Source of the DNA: Hormiphora californensis
Taxonomy: Eukaryota > Animalia > Ctenophora
NCBI GenBank assembly: GCA_020137815.1
Contig: CM035357.1
Location: forward strand, 4,278,001-4,342,000
Direction: 5' to 3'
DNA length: 64,000 nucleotides
In this document: one piece after another, positions 13,181 to 25,430 of the stretch
Layout of the letters: every line of letters begins with the position of its first letter
Numbering within the stretch: the first letter of the stretch is position 1
Made by a program: the position numbers and the translations under genes
Notes under the pieces: model-generated
What the model was told of the DNA's origin: nothing
Database searches by the model: none
What the model saw: only the letters and a program-made list of their open reading frames with translations

Positions 13181-13372
13181 GATAGAGAGGGATAGAGATA
13201 GAAATAGGGAGAGAGAGAAAAAGGGAGAGAGATAGAAAGAGAGATAGATAGAAAGAGAGATAGAAAGAGATAGATAGAAAGAGAGATAGAAAGAGAGATA
13301 GATAGAAAGAGAGATAGATAGAAAGAGAGATAGAGAGAAAGAGGGGGAGAAAGAGGGGGAGAGAGAGGGGAT
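13181..13372. repeat. GA/GATA-rich simple repeat
   Basis: gatagaaagaga-type units. Confidence 0.85.
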
Positions 13373-13698
13373 AGAAAAAGCTAAAACACTTTTATCAAAG
13401 TTCCTCTTTCCTCAAGTCCAATCGACAAAAGTAAAAAGACGTCATATGGAATTGTAGATAGCACAGTCCATCACATAACGTTAGCAAGCTTTTGAAGCAC
13501 TGCAAAAGTTTTTGAAGCAAAATGATTCCACTGGATCATGTCAACAGTTGGCTTTGACCTATCTTTTCTCTCTCTCTCTCTTTCGATCTCTCTTGTTGAC
13601 ACGCCTGTTCACACGTCCTATAAATACTGCCTGCAGATAATTAATCCTAGATTACTCGATAGAGCGCCAACAATAGTGTAACGACAGAAGAGAGGTTT

Positions 13699-13853
13699 TG
13701 ACAGGATCTCATCACAATATAGCACACGACAATCTTACCCTGGCAAAAAGTACAAAATATACGCTTGTAGTCTGTTATACGGTGTACAGAGTACTAGCGT
13801 ATTTGTACTTTTTAGGGTAAGATAGTTGTGTGCTATTGTGATAAAATCCTGTC
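13699..13853. mobile_element. Decayed palindromic MITE
   Basis: tgacaggat..atagcacac..tcttaccct..aaaaagtacaaa is mirrored at ~13800-13853. Confidence 0.6.
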
Positions 13854-15161
13854 AGTGTACACACTAATTCGAATAATGGTACACATTGATGTTGCAGGAA
13901 CCACTGTGTTATCTTGGTTACGAAGTTACCCCTTGCCAGCGCGCGCGAAGGTCGCCCGGCGACCTAAACAGAGTGTGAGGTGTCTTCGATACCAATGGGT
14001 TATCAACAAGCTATGAGAAGGATTGGGTCTGCAGGCAGAGTCTATGGTGTATAGGATATGTATTTATGTGTCTCTTTGCCATTAACATTTCTCAGCATAT
14101 CACGTCAGAATTACAGTATGTGATTCCCCCCGTATACTGTCTTGTTGAGTACTTAGCAAGTACTGGCCGGGGCCCCATCTATTCCCGTATACTGGTCCCT
14201 TTGATTACAGCTGACCCCTTTGATTCCCGGTGTCTGATACAAAGGGTGTTTGAGTAGACGAGACCAGTATATGAGCTGTCATTGGCCTGGCAGACCATTT
14301 AGTTATACGGGGGAAGGAACTTGTCAATATTTCCACAGCTGGGGGGACTTTTATACTAGAAATCTGGTTTTCTGGCAGTTGACAACTACCAGAAAACCAT
14401 ATTTGTAGCATAAAAGTCACCCCTTAGTCCTTACTCAGCAACTGACACAACTACTAGTTGTATGAGTTGTTGAATAGGGACTAAGGGGTTACTCAATATT
14501 CAACAAGGTATATAAGCAGATCCTGGTCCTAATGCAGGAGATTCGCCATTATGGATTACCACTTACCAGATCATTGCATGGCGCATGCAGATAATAAATA
14601 TTGTATGCTCTAATGACATAGATAATGGTGCTTACTAGTTATATTGTGTGTGCTATTGACATTGTCCTCCCATTACCCCGTACAAGTATCCTAATAATTA
14701 TGTTTAGCGTCGGCCGTTGGTAATAAAGCATAAACAATCGCGTACAATAAAATTGACAGTAAGAGAGATGTAACATAAAATTTAAATCGACTCAACGTAA
14801 AAGTAAAGCGATAAGAGATAGAGTGCTGTGCAGTTGTGCTGTTGCACCGCCCCTATAAAAATTAATAGTATGAACAATACAACTGTTTAGTGTTCGTTAT
14901 TGTTGAGAGTAGAGCGGTTGTATGATGGACCCACGTGAGACACCATGAGACACCATGAGACCACAAAAAATAGAAATCAAAATGGACAGAACTCCCCATT
15001 AGGACCCCCTGGTGTGTATAGAGAAGTTAATGGTACTCAAGTGTATCACAGTGTACACTTCGAACACGTGTACAATGTGCCCTAATGTACGTTGTAATAG
15101 GAAGCGACAGAGATAGGGAACGGATTACGGATCATTGTCTGAGAAGCCTGGCCCTAAATTG

Positions 15162-15364
15162 CGATTTTTAATAATACGAACCGGCTGCACTGACCCGCAC
15201 TAAATTCGATTTGCGTGTGCTAAATTATGTTCCTGACTTGAGTATCGGAAAGATCAAGTCTTTATCTAATCAGGACCCGGAGATATGACCAAAAATATTT
15301 GTCACACGCAAATCGACTTTTGTAAATCAGAATGCACACCCCCAGTTCGCATTATTAAAAATCG
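15162..15364. mobile_element. Decayed MITE with inverted repeats
   Basis: cgatttttaataat / attattaaaaatcg and tcgatttgcgtgtg / cacacgcaaatcga pairs. Confidence 0.55.
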
Positions 15365-15584
15365 GACTATATTCTCATTTCTTTCAAATGCTCGCGAGTG
15401 AGCGAAAACCGTGGTCAGAACAACGGCCTGACAGTCCTGACACGCACCGTAATCCGCCGTGATGGACTGAAAGAAGGAAGGGTAGAGAGAGAGGGAGAAA
15501 GACAGAGAGAAAGACACATAGAGAAATACACAGAGAGAAAGACAAAGAGAAAGAGGGAGAAAGGGAGAAAGGGAGAGAAAGAGG

Positions 15585-15624
<40 letters not shown>

Positions 15625-17297
15625 AGGAGATAGAGAGATAGAGAGAGAAGAGAGAACGAGGTCTCGCTCGAGCTCTGCTCTCTCTCGCTCTCTCTCTCTC
15701 GCTATCTCTCCTCTCTCGCGCTCGGCTCCTTCTCTCTCGCAAATGATAGGAGCGATCCCCTCTCGAGGAGTCAGAAAAGCTGCCAGCTGCATTCTTAGGT
15801 GTACATAACCGATACTACTGCTACATGCACCTTCTCTTTCAATCCCCCTCTATCTCTAACTAGTCTCGATCTTTCAATTCCTATCTCTCCTTCATTCCCC
15901 CTCCCTAGTGTCTCTCTCTATAACTACTACCATCTCTCGATCCGAATAATAAATTATCCGGATTCTCTACATGCATATTATACTGGTGGCGGTGGGATGT
16001 CCTGTACGCGGCCAAGACTCCTAGCAAACGATCATTGGTATACATCACCAGCTGCTCAATGCGGTGAATCAGTCATATGCATGACTATTATGAAGTCTTC
16101 CCTCTAGCATTTCTCTCTCTTTCTTTCTCTATCTCTCTCTTTATGTCTCTCTCCTTCTACCATTTCCCTCTCTCCCCTCCCTCTCTCAATTTATCATTAG
16201 TTGACGGCGACATATGCCAGAAACATCCCCTAAATAACATCGTATTTGACATGATGAACGGGAAATATTATAATACGCCCTGCTGGGGCCCTGCTTTGGC
16301 ATCGACCGACAACCAGAGCATGCTCTGTATACTGCTGCATCAGTAACGACAAATGACATACTCGGACATTATAATACCGTGTAGCTACCAGGTATTCCCC
16401 CCCCCCCCCATGGCTCACAACCATGTCCAATGTCCATCCTATTTCTATAGGCAGCCTGATATTCCTGCCCTCCATCCACCGCATAACAGCCATTGCTAGA
16501 CAGACAGACTGATAAAGATATGATTGGGGACCTGATCAGAGTTCAGAGTCTCAATCTGGTCACAATCTGGTCTCTGATATGAGGCCGGAGTGTTACTGTT
16601 AACATTACAAAGCCTGGTACACGATGAACGAGCTGTGAGACGAGAAGTAATGAAATATCAACCGTTATTTAGTTGATGAAAACGTAAAAACTGGCAAGAC
16701 AAAATGAACATAACATCGAAAATCGGAAATGGCTGCAAGATGGTAAAGATGGTCCGCGCGTGGATCTATCCCGTGCGCGGACGAGTGCTGAAAAAGCACT
16801 CCCTTTTTAAGAAGTAAACTCCCGCGCGCGAGGTTACTTAACAACAAAAGTGTGACCGAAACAATGTGTGGCCCCAATATCTCGATTCTCCAGATCAGAT
16901 TGTGATGTCACTGAGAACAACAGGATCACAGATAAGACAGATAACGTTGAGGTAACAGTAATATTGAGACATCTGCTGTTTTCATATACATCCCGATCAG
17001 CAGTCACACCGATACATGCCTCTCCGATTACATATATTTATTGATGGGGAATTCAACGACAGCGGATTTCATAACGTGTAAAAAATAATTAACAAAGAAA
17101 AATAAATTTAAAAATCCAGTCTCTCTCTGACAATTTGCATCATAAGTTAGTTCTTCTGACATTCTTCAACATTTAGAGATGGTCATCCGGCCGTCATTTT
17201 GAATCAACTTTGTTATAACATGGTGTAGTAACATGGTGTGTGTTTGGAATGTCCTCTCTATCTTCTTCTTCTTCTTCTCTCATGTTTTGGGGGTTGT

Positions 17298-18510
17298 TTA
17301 GTAGGGTCTCTGACGGCGGTTTTGTCGGGGTGGGGGGACGTGACGAGCAGGTGGGTGACGTGGTGGCCCATTTATCGTTCTCATAGGGGCCATACGGACT
17401 TGTCTCTGGGGGCGATCCTGAAACGAGAGTAGGTCAATATAATAGGGTGTTGTACTACTGTTACTATTCGCTAATACAATAACGATTTTGGTGGGTTGGG
17501 GGATTAGGGAGCAATCCCTGATCCACCAACTCACGAATTAATGTTCCCTAATCCCCCAGAACTCACCTAGTACTGATCCCTAATCCCCCAACTCACCAAA
17601 CATTGTCCCCTAACCCCCAACTCACCAAATACTGTTCCCTAATCCCCCAACTCACTAATTATTTCCCATCCCCCTCCCCCAGAACTTTGATTATATATAC
17701 CAAACTCTCACAGACGGTGTGAGCCACACAACCAGAACTCACCAAGTACTGTTCCCTAAGTCGATCCGAGGGTCGTTGGTGATGGGGGTGTTGGGGTGGT
17801 GGTATCTGACGGCCTCCTGCGCCCCTCATACCCCACTGTTCAGTCAGGGCACCCTGTATATCGTTATAACTGTACTTGTTACCGTATTCCGAGTACGGGT
17901 TGGCGTAACTAGAGATGGGAGGAAGGAGTTAGGCTGGAAATATATATAGTAGTTGTGTATACAGTCGGACCCCGATTTACCGGGATCCTTGGGGGAAGCT
18001 ATTTTGCCCGGTATATCGGGGTCCGACTGTATCAAGATTAGAGAGGTGGTAATGGATTATGCATTCTAAAGTTTTTAAAGAAGTGATTGTTCAGCGAGCT
18101 AAGAAGCGTAGTTATATTAATTCCCCCATGCAGCAAGCCTGTACTCTGTAGTAAAGAAAAAAATGTACACATTCTACACGTTTGGTTATGCAACATTACA
18201 CAATTTTAGGGTTTTACAGTTACATACAAGGTTACACAGTTTTAAGGTTACAAAAGGTTACACAAGGTTACACGAGGTTACGCAATACACATGTGTTAAA
18301 CAACATAACACGGTTGCACATAATACACATTGATAAAGTTTTGCACATGTATGTTACACAGTTACACACTACACAGTTACATTGACTTGTACAGACAAGA
18401 TGTTATCAGCGGGCCAAGGTTACACATTTTGGAATACGTGATACGGCAATATAGCAGCGAACTACATGCTCATACATGCTTTGAAAATGTGCTCTCTCGC
18501 GCTATCTCTT

Positions 18511-18546
<36 letters not shown>

Positions 18547-21500
18547 TCCCTCGCTCACACTAAAAAGATGCACACGCACACACTTCACACTCACTCTCGG
18601 CCGCGGGGAGGGGGACCGCGAGGAGGGGGACCACGAGGCCCCACCGGTGGGTGGGGTGGTCCCTCACGAAGATAGGAAGAGGGAGGCCCCTCACCCCGCT
18701 CCCGGTACGACGGTGGTGGGCCGTCTCTCGGGTCTGCTGGGTAGTAATGGTGGTCACGATCATCCCAGGACGAGGCGTCGGAGTAGTGCCGTGGTTCTGG
18801 CTCGGCATAGGGATCCTCTTTACGGGCATAGGGATCCTCTTTTCGGGGCTCACTGGGTATTGTTAGCATGTCATGGAGGCGGGGTAAATTGTTAGGTCAT
18901 GTGCGTGGTTGTGAAGTTTTAAAGAAATTTGTGGAGACAACATTGTGCGAACTAAACAGTTTGTGAGACGTTTTAGCGTGTCCGCAAGTTAGGGGTAATT
19001 TCGTTACCAAGCTGATTATGGACGGATCCCGGATAGTAGTGTCTGACGGTGTATAAGGTCCAAATGAGGCACGGAGCTTTTCTGAATCAGCTTTTCAAGA
19101 CGAATCCAATGCAACCGGAATTATCTTTCTATCTTATCGGGAAGGTGTGGTTCATTTTTTTCATTTTTGGCCGCGCGAGCCAATCAGAGGGCTGGATTTC
19201 GAAATTCTGGCCTCTGATTGGCTCGCGCGGCAAAAATGACTAAAAATGAGTGTGAGTGAACCGAACCTTCCCGATAAGATAGAAAGCTAATTCCGGTTGC
19301 GTTGGATTCGTCTTGAAAAGCTGATTCAGAAAAGCTCCGTGCCTCATTTGGACCTTATACACCGTCAGACACTACCGGATAGTGCGAGCTACATGCTACA
19401 GACTGTAGCCTGTAGACTGTAGCCTAGAATTTCAACTTACTTAACAGTATCAAACTGGTTGGAACCCCTCTGTTCATAGAACTGTTTCTCACTCGTCTTA
19501 AACCCACCATATCTGTCATTAAAACCGTCAGAGGGCTCATCATACGAGTAGGGCTGTTGTCGAGGCGGCTGATTAGAGGGAGAGAGAGAGATGTTAGAGG
19601 TGTTATGTGTTAGAGGTGTCATGTCAGGAGATCATATGTTCTTGAAATATTGAAATTGATATTGCATTGCAGAAATAAAAATAAAGGAAGGCCGAGTTGC
19701 TGTGCGAGTGCTCCCAATTACAAAACATCTCGAATCCTCGACTCACGGTGGGAAGTATTCCAGGTACAGCTCGGGATGAAGGTGGTTGATGTCGTGGGGA
19801 GGGATGAACTGGCATGGGAGGGGGAGGTAGGGCGGGAGATACATAGAGAAGAGGCGAGAATATAATAGTTGGGATTTGTTGTTTTCCTGGTCTTGCCAAG
19901 TGCAGATCAATACGTGTTAGAATTAACATTGTGAACATTCTGTTTGCTACTGGGTTCCAGTGTACTCCGTCTTTCTGAACAGGGGGGATATGGTATTAAT
20001 CAGGGTGTGTGTTAGGGGGATTAGGAATTGAAATAACTTATTTGTTGATGCTCTCAGGGGGGGGGGGAATAAATGATGGTATTAATCAGGGTGTGTGTTT
20101 TTTTTTTTTTTTTCCTTCCTCTATGCGGCATATTCCCCTTTCTTGGTAATAGACCATCTCTGTTGGTGTTACACTAGAAAGTAACAGCTCTCAACGCTGA
20201 CCCTTGTTTGACCCCAGTTTTTCTCAAACCGGCACTGTCTGACTCACTTAATCACTAGTGTATGTTAACAATCTCGATAACATGCAGAGCAGTTTTGTCA
20301 AACAAAGTTAATGTCATGGTTTCGGGCACGGTCGCTAACTGCGCCGTAGGGCACATGTGATAGGGTTCTGACAGACTGACGAACTGGAGGGGGTAGCAAA
20401 CAGGGAAAGGTGCCCCGCCTAGCCGAGATCCTCTGGAGCGAGGTCTTGGTTACAGGTGGGAAGGGTGAATGGTAGGGGGTTGGGAATGGAATCTAAGGGA
20501 AGGGAAGAGATTGTGCTAGTTCCCGGTTGTTAGACATTTATAAACAATCTTATGTCTATATTGTCCTACAACCCGGAACTGATGCAGGGATAAAACAGGG
20601 GCGAAATGATATTGAGTGATACTGATCGTGAGGGCAAAGGTTAATACTATGGCGTGGGGTGAGTGCGTGATGCCGCTAGGTCCAAATTTTACATGAGATA
20701 CTGTTCTAGTGAATGGGTAGGAAGATTCAGATTCGCCCAATCACTAGCCAGCCAATCGATAGCCAGTCGCCCATTGCCCAACCAGGTGATAATGTGGTAT
20801 GTGGAAAAAGAGAGTGGGGCTACTGATTAGATCAGAAAGACGAGATAAAGGAGCGGGAGAGAGGCGAGAGACAGAGGAAGGGATAGACACAGGAAGACGG
20901 GACAGGGTAGGGGGATGAAATAAGCTACACCAGACCCGCTAATTGGGACCCTATCAAAAGAAGGATAAGGGAGATCTCCCGGGGAACTACATAGAGAAAG
21001 AAGGGGAAGAGAAGAGAAACGTGAGACCAGGAAGGGCAATTAACACCGAAAATGGTTCCGAACCAGATAGAGATGAAATACAAGACTAATAGGATCCCAG
21101 AGAGAGAGAGAGAGCAGGAGCAGGGAGGAGCAAGAAATGAAAGAGAGAAGGAGAGAGGGGGAAGGAGAGAAAAAGGAAGAAGGAGAAGAGAAAGGAATAG
21201 GGTGCACTGAAAAATGGGGAGGTGACTTGTGCAATTTGGAAGAGCATTACCGAGATTCAGATACCTGAAGAATGATAGTTGTGGTAGTGTGAGCGAGTGA
21301 ACTCACCGCTCCTTATCGGGAGCATGCCCTGCAAATGAACTCCCTAGCAATAAGGGGGGTTAAGATTTGTGATTATTATCGGTTTTCAATTCTTACCCTT
21401 GGTCGACCTGATTGAAATGGTATGGCTGACTTGTGAACCCTGTACAGGACCTTGACGAGTGGGAGAAGACAAACAACCCCATCCAACCCCAGCCATCCCG

Positions 21501-23960
21501 AAACTAGCCCCTCGATGCCAAAAACCAGGAACCCCCACTCAATTCTCCCTTATGAGGGAGAACAGAAAACAGCCCTGACCCCGGGTAAGAACGACCCTAT
21601 ACTAGGGGAACAGAGCCCCTGAACCACCCCCTCTCATCCCACAGATAACTCTGCCAGGTCCTGGAGTGAGTGCATGGCCTTACCCTTTCCTCAGCAGGAA
21701 CGTGCTCTGAAACATGTTACCTAACAACTAGCAGTAATAAGTAATAACGGGGAAAAGAGTAAAAACTAAAAACAACTAGACTGTTACACCAAAACCAAAT
21801 CAAGCTAAGCTCCAGTCCCCGGCCTGGACTAGTAATGATGACCGATAAATGACTAAAGACACATACAACTAAAAGAAAGGACAAACCAAAAAGAATAAGA
21901 AGAAAGGTGACCTTGCTATAACAAACTAAACAAACACCATGACATGTCCAAAACGAAAACAGCACTACTATAACACCCCCTAGCCTACACTAGAAATGAA
22001 TAAGGAACAACACAATAACATGAATGGTCTTATCTGATTGGAGAATGTAGATCGGTGGTCTGTAGCTGGTCGTTTCTTTGCTGTATCTTCACAGTAGCAG
22101 GGGAAGGCGGGAGAACGAGGTAGACAAGTGGTGAAATTCGAGAAGGCCCTCAGAGGAGGGAGAGCCGAGACGCACACACGAAAACAACAACACGAGAAGT
22201 CTCAGGGTGTGTGTTACCCCCTAGTTCCATGGGCAGAACTCCGCAAAAGGATCTGCCGTTTGAAAGTGAGCACTTCGGTTCCACGGGAAGAAAAATACTG
22301 ACACACAGCCGCACAAACTTCGTGTGAGATGGTTTTTCACGCCCTAATTAAGCATGGTGTGAAAGAGAGATCTACTGAGTTATTTCATTGATCAATTAGA
22401 TGTGTGAATAACACCCTCCCGAGGGGCTACCAAAAAGGCCGAATTACGCCTTTTAGGCGTAATTCGGCCTGTGCACAAGGCGTAATTCTGCGGCGTAATT
22501 CGGCCGCAGAATTCAGCCTAAAAGGCGTAATTCAGCCTAAATTTGGCCGAATTCTGCCCATGGAACAAGGGTGTAAGGGGGATTAGGAATTGAAACAACT
22601 TGTTTGTTGATGCTCTCATAATTGGATCAATTAAGCTCTATCATGCCTAGTCGACACTATTGAAGGGGGATTAGGAAGTTAAGATTATTTAAATCCAACA
22701 CACTAATTCAGGGTGTGTGTTAGGTGTCGCACCACTCGGCTAATTCACTCTTTAAATTTTCCTACATTGTGACCAACATTCAAACAATAACTTGTTGTAA
22801 TTATACCGGGTGACTATCATATATCTGATGTCCATAAAATAAATTCTCATTGATAAATTCTCATCTCACCTCCCTGTATCGAATAGCTTTAGCCATGACA
22901 GTTCCCAGGTCAATCACATTGAAACTGAACCGTGGCAACATCTGCTGCAGCCAAATATTCGCTGAGTTCAGTTCGTCAATTTGTGCAGTGAAGTTATATG
23001 CTTCAGGGTCACTGGACGTCTCCGTGAAATCCTCTAAAAAGGGGGGGGGGTGTTAGTGTTAATTACCTATCAATAAGACGTGTCATTGTTCAGTCGCAAA
23101 GAGGTGGGAAAGAAGTGGGAAAAGGTCCAGTGGTAATGTTCATTGTGAGTTTCGGGGGTGCCGGGTAGGGGGTTGTTGTGTTAATAATGAGTAACTAAAA
23201 CCAATCAACTTCAAACTTGATGAATGGGGAGGAGAAAACTAAAATTACAACTGATCGTTTGTATCAGTCCCGGACAAAAATAACCCCTTTCCAAAAATTT
23301 CCGTTAAAACCCAAAAAATAACTTCCCCTAAAAAACTGTTGGACCACGTGATGACCATTAATGGGCTGAAAGACGTCACGACCAAACCAATAATGGAAAC
23401 AGCAAAACTCGCAGGGGGTTTGGTCCGCCAAAATGGGGAGAGGGGGTTTTTATCATTAAATCCGGTCCCCTTTTTTTTTGGTAAAAAAACTTCCCCCCGC
23501 TTCGGGAAACTTATTTTTGGGAATTTGTCCATTGCTGATTTCTTCTCATATCTTGGGGGGGGGGGGAGATATTAAATTTACTTGGGGGGGGGGGGGTTTG
23601 GGGGGGGGGGGGGGGGGGAGGGGGGGGGGGGGGGGGCGAACCCCCCAAGGGGGGGGTTGGGATAAAAAAATACTTGCCTACTCGACCCCCTTTTTCCCCC
23701 CAAATTTTCGCTTTGGGAAAAAAAACAAAAAAAAAACAGACAGTCGAACCTTGAAACCCCAAGGCGGGAATTTTGACTAAAAACCCCCAAACAGTCAACC
23801 TGTGAAGACCCCCAGAGACCAGAATTTCACTCCCAAAAAAACAAAAAAACCCTGTGAAGACCCCCCAGAGACAGGAATTCACTACAACTACATCAGGAGG
23901 ATCCTCTTTGAAACTTTCTAAAATCGACTCAACATGATCGTTAATCCCAGGGCAAATGTA

Positions 23961-23992
<32 letters not shown>

Positions 23993-25350
23993 TCCCTTTG
24001 GTAAAAGAAATTTTTGGGTATACAAGCTTTTAACGGCCGCATACACTTTTTTTTACCGGGAATTTTTTGGGCTCGTTTTTTCTGTCAAAAATCTTGTTAA
24101 CCGCACTTAAATTTTGGGGCCGGGGCGCGGCCCCTTCCTTTGGGGGGTTTTCAAGAGAGAGGGAGAGACAAACGTACAAAACGTTAATGGGCGTCTCCTT
24201 TTTAAAAATCTCGCACGTAATTTTTACCGGGGGCGCGGCGCATCCACGGGGCGGTTCTTCCAGATAGAAAATTAAAAATGAAACCCCAGATAAAAATTCC
24301 AAAAAAAAATGTGTTTTGAGGGGCCGGGTTTAAAATTGTTTTTGTTTAGGGGTTTAACTGGAGGTACAAAATTTTAAAAATGTAAAGTTGATAAAATTAA
24401 AGATTGGTAATTCTAAAATTTTTGGGGCCCCCAAAAATAACCCCTTACTTCCAAGATACCTTTTGGTCCCTTTTTCAAAAAAACACAAATTTCCCCAAAA
24501 ACCCCTTTTCCCCCTTTGTCTTTTTTAAGCCATTTTAATCCCCCCCATACCCAGAATGTCCCGGGGAAGGTCCTTCCCCCCCGGTGGAATAGTTTTGGAA
24601 TTAAACAAACCCAAATTTTAAACCCCCCCCTTTTTTTAAAAATTTTTAATTCCTCTCCCCCCTTTGGGATTTTTACCCGAATCCTTTTGGGGTTTGGGGT
24701 ATTTAGTTTTTGACCCCAATGAAATCTGAGACAATTTTTAAATTTTTCCTTTAACTTTCCCCCCCCCCCCCCTTTTGGGAAACCCCGCCCTTTGTTACCT
24801 TTTCGTTTTTGACTCGGGAAACCTTTAATATCCCCATTTTTAAAAAATTTACCATTCCCTTTTTACATTCCTCCTTATTTGAAAAAAAAGATGGGTTAGT
24901 GGGGTTTTGTAAGTCGGACCCCCCTTTAGTGGCCCCCATTTTTGTGGCAACCCATTTTTGTGGCAGGGTTTTTTCCCCCGGGTGCCAAAAAATCGGGGTC
25001 CCCACTGTTTCTGGCAGTATAAAAAACGCACAAACAACATTCAATACTGTCGAAAATTGTTTTACTGTCCCCCGGGAAAAAAACTACCCAAAATTATAGG
25101 AAAGGGAACTAAACGTCAAACTTGGCCCCCCAGGGCCCCCTGGAAATTTTATGACAGCTGGAAAAACAAATAAACCCTTTTAAAATTTTTTTTTTCGGAA
25201 AAGGGAAAAACCCCAAAAATTTACCTGAGTCCCCCAAAAAGGGCCAAAGGGTTTTTCCACCAAACCCCGATACCCCCACCCCTTAAAGGGAAGTTTTTTA
25301 TTAGCACTTCTTCCCCTAACCCTCCCCGGGCCCTGGCCCCCTGTCTACAA
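17298..25350 (-). CDS. PC-esterase domain protein (PCED1/FAM113-like, SGNH fold) with long Pro/Tyr/Arg-rich C-terminus
   Basis: Clean phase-consistent exons 23033-22870 (FNVIDLGTVMAKAIRYRE), 19974-19747 (KDGVHWNPVANR), 19568-19441, 18852-18595, 17908-17743 and 17417-17298 (ends RRQRPY*). Remnants DPPDVVVVNSCLW (~23865-23905) and GDS plus donor (~25224) sit in the garbled region. The 5' boundary is approximate. Confidence 0.8.
17520..17660. repeat. Degenerate ~33-bp intronic tandem repeat copying the exon end plus 5' splice donor
   Basis: ccagaactcacctagtactgatccctaa (~17556) vs real junction ccagaactcaccaagtactgttccctaa (~17732). Confidence 0.7.
17962..18029. mobile_element. 68-bp MITE (Tc1/mariner/pogo-type, TA TSD)
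   Basis: ta-cagtcggaccccgat..atcggggtccgactg-ta; relatives at ~28900, 36680, 38251 and 48344. Confidence 0.85.
19037..19374. mobile_element. hAT-type foldback MITE with 8-bp TSD
   Basis: TAGTGTCTGACGG termini, long arms, ccggatag duplicated at 19029-19036 and 19375-19382. Confidence 0.92.
20100..22201 (-). mobile_element. 2.1-kb non-coding poly(A)-tailed retro-insertion
   Basis: Poly-T at 20098-20113; tcagggtgtgtgtt direct repeats at 20086-20099 and 22202-22215; no credible ORF. Confidence 0.65.
22217..22573. mobile_element. MITE with ~22-bp TIRs
   Basis: ccccctagttccatgggcagaa / ttctgcccatggaacaagggtg; an empty-site version of the flank is at 20001-20056. Confidence 0.8.
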
Positions 25351-25430
25351 AGAGAAGGGGATGGTTTATATTGGGGCACAGAGAAAGGGATATTCAAATT
25401 TTCAAATACAAACTGAAAAATCACACTGAA
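23230..25430. other. Low-quality, homopolymer-inflated sequence (probable assembly artefact)
   Basis: Abrupt excess of long A/C/G/T runs that scramble recognisable PCED1 exons. Confidence 0.8.

Noticed and set aside
15302-15808. ER/SL-repeat ORFs, also at 27557, 41570, 42520, 48956 and similar
   Set aside because: Microsatellite translations.
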